From: an uncultured delta proteobacterium
GTDB lineage: Bacteria; Desulfobacterota; RBG-13-43-22
Direction: 5' to 3'
NCBI GenBank assembly: GCA_963743305.1
Contig: CAVUPH010000022.1
Location: 53,545-117,544 of the forward strand
DNA: 64,000 bases
A program made the position numbers and the translations under genes. A model generated the notes under the pieces. That model searched no databases. It worked only from the letters and a program-made list of their open reading frames with translations, and was not told where the DNA came from. Below, one piece after another: positions 1 to 9,308 of this stretch. How positions within the stretch are numbered: the stretch's first letter is position 1; every line of letters starts with the position of its first letter.

Positions 1-1345
1 CTTGAAAGAGCATGGGGATACCGGGCGCAGTAAGCACCAAGGCCGCGCCCAGGGTGGAGCGTTTCTTGGAAAACCAGCTATCCACCTTGCCGGGCCAGAT
101 CTCCTCGGGCACGCGGGCCCGCCCATTGGCGACCTCGTCGTGCGACTCGGTATAAATGATCCGCCGAAAGACGTCTAAATCGTAACGATGCTCGATCGCA
201 TTGCGGACCGCCCCCAGATCGCGGAGTTTATCATCGGGGGAAATGACGGCCTGGCGAACGGGGTGAACAAATTCGGCATCCCATTGGGCATTGAAACCCG
301 CACCGCCCGCCCCCACCTCTTTAGTGATCCAGGGGTTATTCTTCATGCTTTCGCCGATGCTGATTTTGTCGGGAAATCGTTGTTTAATTTCCACGTTGAT
401 CCACTGCATCAGGCTCCAGCCTTCGGGGATGTCATTGGCCGGATTGTCGTCATTGCCGTCAATGCTTTTGATATAGGCAATCATGTCCCAGCGCAGGCCG
501 TCGGCGTGGTACTCCTCGAACCACATCAGCGCGTTATCGCGCAGATAGCGGCGCACTTCGTCGCGGCCATAATCGGGACGCGTCTCGCCCCAGGGGGTAT
601 TCGCCCGGCGATCTTCGTAAAAATAGATTCCCCCCTTCTCGTTTTCACTCCAACCGTCAAACTGCCACAAATCAAGATCCGAGGGGCCCAAGTGGTTGTA
701 GACGACATCTACAATCACAGCGATACGTTGCGCATGGGCCGCCTTCACAAATCGCTTGAGGGCATCGGGTCCGCCGTAAATACTTGCAACGGCAAAGGGA
801 TGCGCTGGATTGTAGCCCCACGAAAAGTCGCCCGCAAACTCCGCGATCGGCATCAATTCCACGGCATTGATGCCCAACTGTTGAAGGTAGGGCAGTTTTT
901 CAATGGCGCTATCCAGAGTGCCCGGATGCCCCGCTTCTTTCACATGAAAGGTGCCCACGTGCATCTCGTAAATGACCAGCTCATTCCCCGTTGCCTGGTG
1001 AAAGGCATCATCACCCCAGTCGAAGGCCTTCGGATCATAGATAACTCCATTGCCGATCGAGTGGGTCACCTTTCTGGCATAAGGGTCGATGCGGGAGAGG
1101 AGGCCCCGAGGACCGTGAATCAAGTATTTGTATTCATCCCCTGTTTTGGCCTCCGACACGTCGGTCGACCAGTACCCGTTCTCCTCTTTGGCCAGCGGTG
1201 TTGAGGTCTGGCTCCAGTCATTGAAAGTCCCGGTCAGGTAAACCTTGTCGGCGTGAGGCGCCCAGACGCGGAAGGTTACCCCCTCGGGACCGGGGTTGGC
1301 CCCCAGGCCGGAAGGTTTTGCCACCGTTTCGGCTTTTTCGGACAT
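1..1345 (-). CDS. GH13 1,4-alpha-glucan branching enzyme / maltooligosyltrehalose trehalohydrolase-like protein (3' end runs off the window)
   Basis: Manual minus-strand translation from ATG at 1345 (SD GGAGGGG) gives MSEKAETVAKPSGLGANPGPEGVTFRVWAPHA. GH13 motifs VIVDVVYNHLGP, EYHADGLRWDMIAY and IIYTESHDEVANG are present. Confidence 0.88.
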   Translation of the reverse strand, partial: MSEKAETVAKPSGLGANPGPEGVTFRVWAPHADKVYLTGTFNDWSQTSTPLAKEENGYWSTDVSEAKTGDEYKYLIHGPRGLLSRIDPYARKVTHSIGNGVIYDPKAFDWGDDAFHQATGNELVIYEMHVGTFHVKEAGHPGTLDSAIEKLPYLQQLGINAVELMPIAEFAGDFSWGYNPAHPFAVASIYGGPDALKRFVKAAHAQRIAVIVDVVYNHLGPSDLDLWQFDGWSENEKGGIYFYEDRRANTPWGETRPDYGRDEVRRYLRDNALMWFEEYHADGLRWDMIAYIKSIDGNDDNPANDIPEGWSLMQWINVEIKQRFPDKISIGESMKNNPWITKEVGAGGAGFNAQWDAEFVHPVRQAVISPDDKLRDLGAVRNAIEHRYDLDVFRRIIYTESHDEVANGRARVPEEIWPGKVDSWFSKKRSTLGAALVLTAPGIPMLFQ

Positions 1346-1665
1346 TTTCCCCTCCTTTTTCTTAATCAAGGCCATCGGGCCGGCGCCTGGCCTTGTTTGA
1401 ACCGATAAGGATTATTCTCCGGTCGTTCCCTTTGATGAGAATTTTCGGAGAAAAAAAGTATAGGGTGAGAAAAGGAAGGGGTCAAGAAGCAAATTAAGTC
1501 GGAAGACCAAGGGAAATAACCGAGGCCGGTTTGCTGGAGGCCCCGGGTCACCTTGAAAATACCCAGGCCGACCCGGGTGGAACGGAACCGCGGGCAACGC
1601 GGCAGGCTATTCTCAAAACCTCCTTCCGGTCTTTGAGAGGCTGCTCCGAGGGTTGGAAGTGACCC

Positions 1666-1755
1666 CTACCGTCGTCTGGTCCAATAGTAACCTCCGCCCC
1701 CGCCGAACAATATGACCAATATGACGATGACGATGATGAGCGTTGTAGTATCCAT
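1666..1755 (-). CDS. 29-aa single-pass membrane protein MDTTTLIIVIVILVILFGGGGGYYWTRRR
   Basis: Strong SD (GAGGAG) upstream, a hydrophobic helix, a Gly run and a basic tail. Below the ORF-track length cutoff. Confidence 0.75.
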   Translation of the reverse strand: MDTTTLIIVIVILVILFGGGGGYYWTRRR

Positions 1756-1857
1756 AGTAATTTTCTCCTCCTGATTAGGATTCCGATTTGACTGCTGGGC
1801 CGGCATCCCTTGCCAGGCTTGATTGAGCTTCCCCATCGGTTTGAATATCTATCTTCC

Positions 1858-1927
1858 AATCTAAACCTTTTCCCGGTAAATGAAATAATAAGAACCGTGT
1901 ATTTTTTCAAAAGAATGGCTGTATTTT
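1858..1927 (-). promoter_or_regulatory. Tandem activator box + -10 (motif family A, copy 1)
   Basis: Minus strand reads AAAATACAGCCATTCTTTTGAA AAAATACACGGTTCTTATTATT, then 20 nt, then TAGATT. Confidence 0.55.
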
Positions 1928-2045
1928 TGGTCTAACCCTTCGGGTCCCGATTGGGGCTTTCCTTTTTCCCCGATTCGTAGTACTTTTCACATGATGGCGC
2001 TCATTCCATTAGAGCATTCTCTTGCCTTAACCGGAGGACTAACGG

Positions 2046-4496
2046 ATGAACCGATTTATTTGTATCCATGGGCATTTTTATCAACCTCCCAGAGAAAGCC
2101 CCTGGCTGGAGGCCATTGAGATTCAAGATTCGGCGTTCCCGTACCACGACTGGAACGAGCGGATTACCGCTGAATGCTACGCGGCAAACGCCGTGTCGAG
2201 AATCTGGGATACGGAAGGACGAATCGCCCAACTGGTAAACAATTATGCCAGTATAAGCTTCAACTTCGGTCCGACGGTCTTGCTCTGGATGCAGCGGTAT
2301 GCCCCCGACGCCTATGAGGCCATTCTAGAGGCTGACCGGCAGAGCCTGGAGAAATGCTCCGGTCATGGAAATGCGTTGGCCCAAGCCTACAATCACATGA
2401 TTCTACCGCTGGCCAACAGCCGCGACAAGAACACCCAGATTATCTGGGGAATAAAAGATTTTGAATATCGCTTTGGACGCCAGCCGGAAGGGTTGTGGCT
2501 CCCGGAGACGGCGGTAGATCTGGAAACCCTGGATCTCATGGCTCAGCAGGGCATCGGCTTTGCCATCCTTGCCCCCCGGCAGGCCAGCCGGGTCCGGCCC
2601 ATTGATGGGAATGAATGGCAGGACGTGAGTGGTGGGAAAATCTATCCGGCCATAGCCTACCGGCTGTCGCTGCCGTCCGGCCGCGTCATGAACCTGTTCT
2701 TTTACGACGGTCCCATTGCCCAGGCGCTGGCCTTTGAAGGATTGCTCGACAACGGCGAGGCGTTCGCCAACCGGCTGCTGTCCGCCTTCGCCGACGATTC
2801 TCCTCGCCTCGTCCACATCGCCACGGATGGCGAAAGCTATGGACATCATCATCGCTACGGCGACATGGCCCTGGCGCATGCGCTCCATCACCTGGAGTCC
2901 AACGGGCTGGCCCAGGTGACGAATTACGGCCGATACCTGGAGGATCATCCGCCGGCGTACGAAGTGGAGATCTTTGAAAACAGCTCCTGGAGCTGCGAGC
3001 ACGGCGTAGAACGTTGGCGGTCCGATTGCGGGTGCAACAGCGGCGGCCACCCGGGTTGGAACCAGGGTTGGCGAGCCCCCCTGCGTGCGGCCCTGGACTG
3101 GCTCCGCGATGCCGTGAACCCGGCTTATGAACAACTGGCCGGACAGTTTCTGACCGACCCCTGGGTGGCTCGTGACGACTACATCGACGTCATCGTGGAT
3201 CGATCACCCGAACGCGTCAGGGCGTTTATGAACCGCCACGCCACCAGTCCCTTAAACTCCGAGGACGAGATCACGGTCCTGAATCTCATGGAGCTCCAAC
3301 GCCACCTGATGCTCATGTACACCAGTTGCGGTTGGTTTTTTGACGAGCTTTCCGGGATGGAGACGGTTCAGGTCATACAATACGCCGGCCGGGTTCTGCA
3401 ATTGGCCGACCAGCTTTTTAACGACTCTTTCGAACCCGGCTTTCTCGAACATCTGGAGCGTGCCAAGAGCAACCTGCCTGAACACCGTGACGGCCGCACC
3501 ATTTATGAAAAATTGGTCAGGCCGGCCATGCTCGATATGAAAGATGTGGGCGCCCACTATGCCTTAAGCTCGCTGTTCCAGGATATCGGTGAACGCAGTT
3601 CGATCTATGCCTATTCCGCCACCCGGGAGGACTACCGCAGCTTTCAGGTAGGAGGTTCCAGGCTGGTAATCGGGCGGGCCACGGTCACTTCAGACGTTAC
3701 GCGCGTATCCTCCAGCTTGTGCTTTGGCGTTCTGCATCTTGGTGATCATAGTATCGCCTGCGGGACCGGTGAATATCAAGGCGCGCAAAAATATGAAGCG
3801 CTGGCCAAAGAAATTTCAGCGGCTTTCGCCGGAGCTGACTTTCCGAAGACCATACTACTGCTGGGTAAATACTTCGGGACGTCCACGTATTCTCTGACCT
3901 CGTTGTTTGCCGATGAACGGCGAAAAGTCCTGAATATCATCATGGGGCCGACTCTGAGAGAGGCTGAAGCGGCCTATAGCTCGATTTATGAGCACCATGC
4001 TCCTTTGATTCGCTTTTTAGCCGGGTCCGGGACGCCACGGCCCCAAGTCCTGTCGGTCGCCGCGGACTTGTGCTTGAATGCCAAGTTTCGTAGGGTGCTT
4101 CAAGGGGAGGGTCTTGACCCCGAAGTCATCGGACCTCTTCTGGAAGAAGCTCGTTTGGCAGGCGCCACTCTGGATGCGACGGCTCTCGGCTTATTACTGG
4201 CCGTCAACATTGAGAGTCTGGCCGAGCAACTTCTCGATCAACCTGACGATCTTTCTCGCCTAAAGCTATTGAATAAGGCGGCCCAATTGGTCCGGACTTT
4301 GCCGTTCGAGGTTAATCTCTGGAAAACCCAAAACATCTGCTACAAGATCCTTCACACCCATTGTCCCACCTTAAATGAGGAGGCCGGCCCGGGCAACCAA
4401 AACGCGCAAGAATGGCTACGCCGTTACACGGTTTTGGCCGATAATTTTTTGCTGCGGGTGCCCCAATGTCCCGTAAACAGCAAAGCCGCGCCGTAA
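2046..4496 (+). CDS. Glycoside hydrolase family 57 protein with DUF3536 domain
   Basis: Motifs IHGHFYQPPRE, AQAYNHMILPL, GLWLPETAVD, IATDGESYGHH and MYTSCGWFFDE; SD GGAGG. Confidence 0.9.
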   Translation: MNRFICIHGHFYQPPRESPWLEAIEIQDSAFPYHDWNERITAECYAANAVSRIWDTEGRIAQLVNNYASISFNFGPTVLLWMQRYAPDAYEAILEADRQSLEKCSGHGNALAQAYNHMILPLANSRDKNTQIIWGIKDFEYRFGRQPEGLWLPETAVDLETLDLMAQQGIGFAILAPRQASRVRPIDGNEWQDVSGGKIYPAIAYRLSLPSGRVMNLFFYDGPIAQALAFEGLLDNGEAFANRLLSAFADDSPRLVHIATDGESYGHHHRYGDMALAHALHHLESNGLAQVTNYGRYLEDHPPAYEVEIFENSSWSCEHGVERWRSDCGCNSGGHPGWNQGWRAPLRAALDWLRDAVNPAYEQLAGQFLTDPWVARDDYIDVIVDRSPERVRAFMNRHATSPLNSEDEITVLNLMELQRHLMLMYTSCGWFFDELSGMETVQVIQYAGRVLQLADQLFNDSFEPGFLEHLERAKSNLPEHRDGRTIYEKLVRPAMLDMKDVGAHYALSSLFQDIGERSSIYAYSATREDYRSFQVGGSRLVIGRATVTSDVTRVSSSLCFGVLHLGDHSIACGTGEYQGAQKYEALAKEISAAFAGADFPKTILLLGKYFGTSTYSLTSLFADERRKVLNIIMGPTLREAEAAYSSIYEHHAPLIRFLAGSGTPRPQVLSVAADLCLNAKFRRVLQGEGLDPEVIGPLLEEARLAGATLDATALGLLLAVNIESLAEQLLDQPDDLSRLKLLNKAAQLVRTLPFEVNLWKTQNICYKILHTHCPTLNEEAGPGNQNAQEWLRRYTVLADNFLLRVPQCPVNSKAAP

Positions 4497-4540
4497 ACGT
4501 ATTCTTCCGTTGTTCGGCGGTTACGGTCTAAGTATCTGCA

Positions 4541-4611
4541 AAAATACACCCCTTTCCCTTCAAAAATTACGGGTTCACCCTATTCCCTTCATGGCCTGGC
4601 CCTGTTATCCT
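4541..4611 (+). promoter_or_regulatory. Tandem activator box + -10 (motif family A, copy 2)
   Basis: AAAATAC at 4541, box AAAATTACGGGTTCACCCTATT at 4563-4584, 21 nt, TATCCT at 4606-4611. Confidence 0.7.
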
Positions 4612-4645
4612 TTCAGCTCAAGGATCAGCTAAAGGAGGCCGCACC

Positions 4646-5056
4646 ATGTCCAGACTGATTAAGATCCTGCACATCGATCCCGATTACCAGATCACCTATC
4701 TCATTTATCGTCACAACTCATCTATCCGGACCTCGGTTCCCCTGAAGACGGCTATTGAGCTTTTGAAAAAAGAGGATTTTGACCTGATCCTATCGGAACC
4801 GCATAACAAGGCCATTCTGAAAAAGACGCCTCAGACCATTGAACCCAAACCCGGCTCGGCCGATGACCAAACTTTTATGCGGGCCATTCAAGGCGATTTC
4901 AGGAAGTACGATCCCATTGCTATTCATAGAAACAGGAGGTGTTCCATGAAACAGGAGGCCGTCATGGATTTAAAAAAAAGGATGTCTGATTTATTTTACG
5001 ACCAATCCTTTTTCTACGGCGTAGGTAGTCAGTGCCCAAATCGAATGCAGGTTTAA
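4646..5056 (+). CDS. Small protein with a degenerate receiver-like N-terminus
   Basis: SD AAGGAGG. KILHIDPD and AIELLKKEDFDLILSE resemble REC beta1 and alpha2-beta3. The C-terminal part overlaps the convergent gene and may not be real. Confidence 0.55.
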   Translation: MSRLIKILHIDPDYQITYLIYRHNSSIRTSVPLKTAIELLKKEDFDLILSEPHNKAILKKTPQTIEPKPGSADDQTFMRAIQGDFRKYDPIAIHRNRRCSMKQEAVMDLKKRMSDLFYDQSFFYGVGSQCPNRMQV

Positions 5057-5653
5057 TTTCTTCATGAGGTTCGAACGATGCTTCTCTACCGTATGGAGAC
5101 TGAGGCAGAGGTAGTCGGCAATGTTCTTGCTGCTATTCCCCTCCCCGATCAATTTCAAAATTTCCCGCTCTCTTGAGGTTAAGGTGTCCCAGGAGGTCTG
5201 GACGGATTCGGACTTTTTCCCGACCAGGTAGCCCTCGATCACCTTTTCGGAGATACTCGGACTGAGTACCCGCTTCCCGTCCAAAATATTCCGGATAGCC
5301 TGAATCAAATCGGTATGACTGGAATCCTTTAAAATATATCCGTCGGCCCCCGCCCGCAGAGCGGCCAGGATGTATTCTTCGGAATCGTTGACGGTCAGGG
5401 CCAGGATTTTTATTTGGGGCCATTTTTTCCTAATTTGCCGGATGGCCTCCACCCCGCCCACCCGCGGCATGGATAAATCCATCAACACCAAGGCGGGTAG
5501 GAGCTTCTCCGCTTGCTGGATGGCCTCCCGCCCGTCCCCGGCTTCGCCGATTACTTCCAGATCCGGGAGAGAGGAAAGGAGCGCCCGCAGTCCCTCCCGG
5601 ATAAGCGTATGGTCTTCGGCAATAAGTACGCCCCTCTTTTCACTGCCGATCAT
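4991..5653 (-). CDS. NarL/FixJ-family response regulator (REC + LuxR HTH)
   Basis: VLIAEDH, LVLMDLSMP, GYILK and LTSREREILKLIGEG...TVEKHRSNLMKKL. Confidence 0.95.
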   Translation of the reverse strand: MIGSEKRGVLIAEDHTLIREGLRALLSSLPDLEVIGEAGDGREAIQQAEKLLPALVLMDLSMPRVGGVEAIRQIRKKWPQIKILALTVNDSEEYILAALRAGADGYILKDSSHTDLIQAIRNILDGKRVLSPSISEKVIEGYLVGKKSESVQTSWDTLTSREREILKLIGEGNSSKNIADYLCLSLHTVEKHRSNLMKKLNLHSIWALTTYAVEKGLVVK

Positions 5654-5782
5654 AGTGCCCTCCTGATATCCTTATCCCTCCCGGGGTTCGACGGGCGAGA
5701 CTAAAGCCTGAACGATCTTTGATCAGGATATTACTTTAAAAGTGAAGAAAAAATCAATACCCGCCAAAAATATTTGAAAGAA

Positions 5783-7960
5783 TTAATCTGCTTGGTTCCC
5801 CCCCCTGATCTCCCCATTCAACGGCCAGGAAATTCCGATAATCGTGCCTTTACCTGGATGGGACTCGACGGAAAAGAAGCCCCCGGATAGTTCCGCCCGC
5901 TCTTTCATGATGGAAAGTCCCATCCCCGTCCCCTGTCCGGCCGCCCCCGGCAGTTGTTCATAATTGAATCCCACCCCGTTGTCCCCGATAGCCAGCTTTA
6001 TATGGCCCTGTTCCCGACTCAAGTGAATCCAAATTCGGGTCGCTTGGGCATGCTTTCCGGCATTGTTCAGGGCTTCCTGGGTTATCCGAAAAATTATGAC
6101 TTTCAACCGTTCCGGCACGTCCTCCTCCCGGACCTCCAACCCTTGTTCGACCGCAATCCGGGAATAGGTCTTTTGAAATTCCCGTGATAACCAGGACAAG
6201 GTGGGAAGAATACCCAGTTCATCCAGGTGGGGAGGCCGTAAATCATGCTGGATCCTCCTGGCCTCACGGATGGTCTCCTGAATGATCGAGATCAGGAAGC
6301 CCAGGGTTTCATTTATCTGTTGGAAATCCCGGTCGGACAAATTGAGAACCAGGTCCTCCAATTTATATTTGAGACCGCTCAGGGAGGCCCCCAGGCTGTC
6401 GTGCATCTCCCGGGCGATTCGCTTTCGTTCATTTTCCTGGGCACATAAAAGCTGGTTGGCCAGGAAACGAAGCTCCCGTTCTGAACTCCGCAGCGCTTCC
6501 TCGGTCGCCTGGCGATCGGTGACCTCCTCCAGAGAAAAAACTAAAGAAGCTACTTCACCCCGATCGTCCAACAACGGGGTCAGGGTCCAGTCCCAGAAGG
6601 TTACCCCCCTCTCGGGATGATCCGGGAAAAAAAAAGGTTTGGCTACCGCCTGAAAGGGGGTCTTGGTTTCCACCACCCGCCGGAAGATAGCCTCATTTTC
6701 TTCGTTAGGGTAGAACTCGAAATGGTTGTGCCCGGGGAAATCGGCTACCGCCCGCTGGCAGGACCGGGCGTAGGATTCGTTGACCCGGAGGAAGTTGAAA
6801 TCCCGGTCCAGAAGGACCAGGGGGGTAATCGTGTCCTTGAAAAAAGATTCCAGTATGCGGGATTGCTCCGCCAGGTGCGCATGGGCTTTTTCCAGTTCAG
6901 CCGTCCGTTCCTGCACCCGGAGTTCCAATTCATCCCTCACCGCTCTGACCGCCTCCGCGGCCTTTTTACTCTCCTCGATGTTAAGGACATGGACCACAAA
7001 TCCCTGGATTTGGTCTACCTCGTTGACGTCGGGGGTATAACTGGCTCGTACCCAGCGGCTATCGCCCCCCTGAAATGGCAATTGACGTTCGTACGTTATC
7101 GATTCCCCGGCCAGCGCCCTTTCCACATAGGGCTTAATTTCTTTCCACTGGGCCTCTCCAAGAATGTCGCTCATATGCCGCCCCGGGATGTCTTCGGCTG
7201 GGAAACCAAACCACCGGGCATAGTTCCGGTTGACCCGGCGATAACGGCCGTCGGTATCCACGTAAGCTATCAGGGCCGGGACCGCTTCCATAACCAAACG
7301 CAGGTCATTTTCCCGATTACGCAGGGCCTCCTCGGCCTGTTTTTGTTCGGTAATGTCCAGCAGGGCCGCCTGACATACCGGTTGGGTTCCCTCCTTCGGC
7401 TCTCCCGGGACCCCCTCGATGCGTACACCGGCCAGGCGGCCTCCGTCCTTAAGCAGGGTCACTTCACAGACCTGCTTGGTCCCGGTGGAAAAAACCTTTT
7501 CCACGAAATCATTAAAGAGGGCGATATCCCCCGGCATCACAAATAATTGAAAACGCCGGTTCACCAGGCGACTCCGCTCCTCTCCCAGCAGGCGAGCCCC
7601 GGTGAGGTTGATTTCAAGGATTTCCCCCTTCGGACCGAAGGTGGCATAGCCGACCGGGGCCAGGTCGTAGAGATCGAAGTATTTGCGGCGGGCCTGCTCG
7701 GCCTCTAAGTGGAGCTGTTGGAGTTCCTGGTTCTGTTGTTCCAGCTCGATCTGATAAACCTCCAGGTCATGGACCAGGGACCGGGAATTCTCCGGTTCCG
7801 GGCCTGGCTGGGTTGCCTTTTGGGGGTCCGTCAGCTCTTCGGCCCGACTGCGCGATTCCCGGCCGATTCTTTCCGCTTTAGAGTTCTGGGAGATCTTTTT
7901 GCTTTTCATATCCAAATCCGAATTCCAGGGAAGGTAGGCGAGATAATTTGATAAGTGCAT
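5783..7960 (-). CDS. Cytoplasmic multi-PAS sensor histidine kinase (HisKA_3); true start may be MKSKK, about 50 nt downstream
   Basis: Three PAS-like segments, H-box ERKRIAREMHDSLG, N-box QEALNNAGKHA, DNGVGF and GMGLSIMKER. Confidence 0.93.
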   Translation of the reverse strand: MHLSNYLAYLPWNSDLDMKSKKISQNSKAERIGRESRSRAEELTDPQKATQPGPEPENSRSLVHDLEVYQIELEQQNQELQQLHLEAEQARRKYFDLYDLAPVGYATFGPKGEILEINLTGARLLGEERSRLVNRRFQLFVMPGDIALFNDFVEKVFSTGTKQVCEVTLLKDGGRLAGVRIEGVPGEPKEGTQPVCQAALLDITEQKQAEEALRNRENDLRLVMEAVPALIAYVDTDGRYRRVNRNYARWFGFPAEDIPGRHMSDILGEAQWKEIKPYVERALAGESITYERQLPFQGGDSRWVRASYTPDVNEVDQIQGFVVHVLNIEESKKAAEAVRAVRDELELRVQERTAELEKAHAHLAEQSRILESFFKDTITPLVLLDRDFNFLRVNESYARSCQRAVADFPGHNHFEFYPNEENEAIFRRVVETKTPFQAVAKPFFFPDHPERGVTFWDWTLTPLLDDRGEVASLVFSLEEVTDRQATEEALRSSERELRFLANQLLCAQENERKRIAREMHDSLGASLSGLKYKLEDLVLNLSDRDFQQINETLGFLISIIQETIREARRIQHDLRPPHLDELGILPTLSWLSREFQKTYSRIAVEQGLEVREEDVPERLKVIIFRITQEALNNAGKHAQATRIWIHLSREQGHIKLAIGDNGVGFNYEQLPGAAGQGTGMGLSIMKERAELSGGFFSVESHPGKGTIIGISWPLNGEIRGGNQAD

Positions 7961-8325
7961 TTAGGGGGAAATTACCATGGTCGGAAAACAAGATCAAGCG
8001 AGACTTTTATCCCTCAATTCCCGGCCATCTCCTCTGCTGATAAACTCCTTCTAAAAGCCCATTCCGACCGTTTCAATCCTTCAGGTTTTTCTCAAAAATG
8101 CTTGGTTTTTAACCCTTCTGGGGCATAAACTGCTTAGTCAATTACAGAAGTTAGCGGACATGATAATTCTTGCTTCGGCCTATTCCAGGGGTTCATTTAT
8201 TCGCCCGTCTATAAGCTCCCGATGGCGCTTGATGGCACCCTGGAAACCACCACTACCCGCCGGCCGCATTTACCGAATAAGGGGAATTCGCAGAAAGCAG
8301 CGGGAATTACCCCCAAAAGAGATTA

Positions 8326-8396
8326 AGAATACCTCCATTTTCCTTTCAAAGTAACGGCTTCCACTTATTGAATCTATTTCCTTTTTCCTCTATCCT
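8326..8396 (+). promoter_or_regulatory. Tandem activator box + -10 (motif family A, copy 3)
   Basis: AGAATAC at 8326, box AAAGTAACGGCTTCCACTTATT at 8348-8369, 21 nt, TATCCT at 8391-8396. Confidence 0.62.
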
Positions 8397-8442
8397 ATCG
8401 CTTAAGGGATATAGAAGGAATTCACAATTGGAGGGGCAGGGA

Positions 8443-8535
8443 ATGATTTTCGTGGCCTTCATTCTCCTTGGTTTGATCGGCTGGGCCTTATTTTATCCCC
8501 GATTGGACGGCTTCCTGACCAGGCGAAAAATTTAA
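8443..8535 (+). CDS. 30-aa small membrane protein MIFVAFILLGLIGWALFYPRLDGFLTRRKI
   Basis: SD GGAGG, a hydrophobic helix and a basic tail, directly downstream of a family-A promoter. Confidence 0.55.
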   Translation: MIFVAFILLGLIGWALFYPRLDGFLTRRKI

Positions 8536-8560
8536 AGAGTCCGGCTATCTTCAAAGTCTC

Positions 8561-8707
8561 CCTCCATATTTGGAGGCCCCGCCAAATATGGAGGTCCAGC
8601 CCATCGTTTCTACCTTCTTTGCTGTTTGCTTCTATTAATATAACTAGCTGGTTTCAGTGTTTTTTTAAGACTTTTAATTTTTTTCGGGCTGTTGGTCAAC
8701 TACTTGC
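8561..8707 (+). promoter_or_regulatory. sigma54 promoter with double-palindrome enhancer and IHF-like site (motif family B, copy 1)
   Basis: CCTCCATATTTGGAGG at 8561-8576 and CCGCCAAATATGGAGG at 8579-8594. TAACTAGCTGGTT (IHF-like) near 8641. TTGGTCAACTACTTGCA has GG at 8694-5, N10, GC at 8706-7. Confidence 0.8.
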
Positions 8708-8857
8708 ACTTTGGATATTTTGTGAAGGATATTTGCCAAGCCCGAAAAAAGACAAGGGATGGAGACAGGATTTACGAAAACGCATAGACCCCCAACCATG
8801 ATCCAGGAATTGGGGAAATCTTGGCTCAGATAGAGCTTAGAAAGGAGGCCGGATACC

Positions 8858-8992
8858 ATGCAACTCATATTATCGCCACAGCCGGTGGTTGCGCTAATCG
8901 CGGGAATATTGATTCTTCTAATCCCGAGACTATTGAATTATATCGTTGCCATTTATCTCATTATATTTGGCATTCTCGGGTTGATCCGCTGA
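8858..8992 (+). CDS. DUF3096-family small membrane protein (44 aa)
   Basis: MQLILSPQPVVALIAGILILLIPRLLNYIVAIYLIIFGILGLIR; SD AAGGAGG. Confidence 0.85.
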   Translation: MQLILSPQPVVALIAGILILLIPRLLNYIVAIYLIIFGILGLIR

Positions 8993-9050
8993 TTGGCTGG
9001 CGAATCATCTTCAGTTGGGAATAATTTAGTAACAAGAAAGGAGAAAAGCT

Positions 9051-9203
9051 ATGGGACTTATATTGATCGTCATCTTAGTCCTGCTACTCATCGGCGTGCT
9101 GCCCACCTGGAACCATAGTAAATCCTGGGGGCCCTATCCCAGCGGCGGAATCGGACTGATCCTCCTGATTCTGCTCATCCTGTTTCTAATGGGGCGAATC
9201 TAA
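9051..9203 (+). CDS. DUF3309-family small membrane protein (50 aa)
   Basis: MGLILIVILVLLLIGVLPTWNHSKSWGPYPSGGIGLILLILLILFLMGRI; SD AAGGAG. Confidence 0.9.
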   Translation: MGLILIVILVLLLIGVLPTWNHSKSWGPYPSGGIGLILLILLILFLMGRI

Positions 9204-9308
9204 AGGGGGGGTAGGGCAGGTGCATTAGATTCTTACATCCACGTTTCATGCAGAACTTGAAAAGGAAGCCAGAGGCCATGCAAATCGGTATGGAGGTTAA
9301 ATAGATGG

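Noticed and set aside
188-1204. 338-aa plus-strand ORF in the track
   Set aside because: It is the antisense shadow of the minus-strand GH13 gene, which carries the conserved motifs.
7940-7985. Family-A-like box upstream of the histidine kinase (autoregulation)
   Set aside because: Only partial similarity, and neither the spacing nor the upstream half-site matches.
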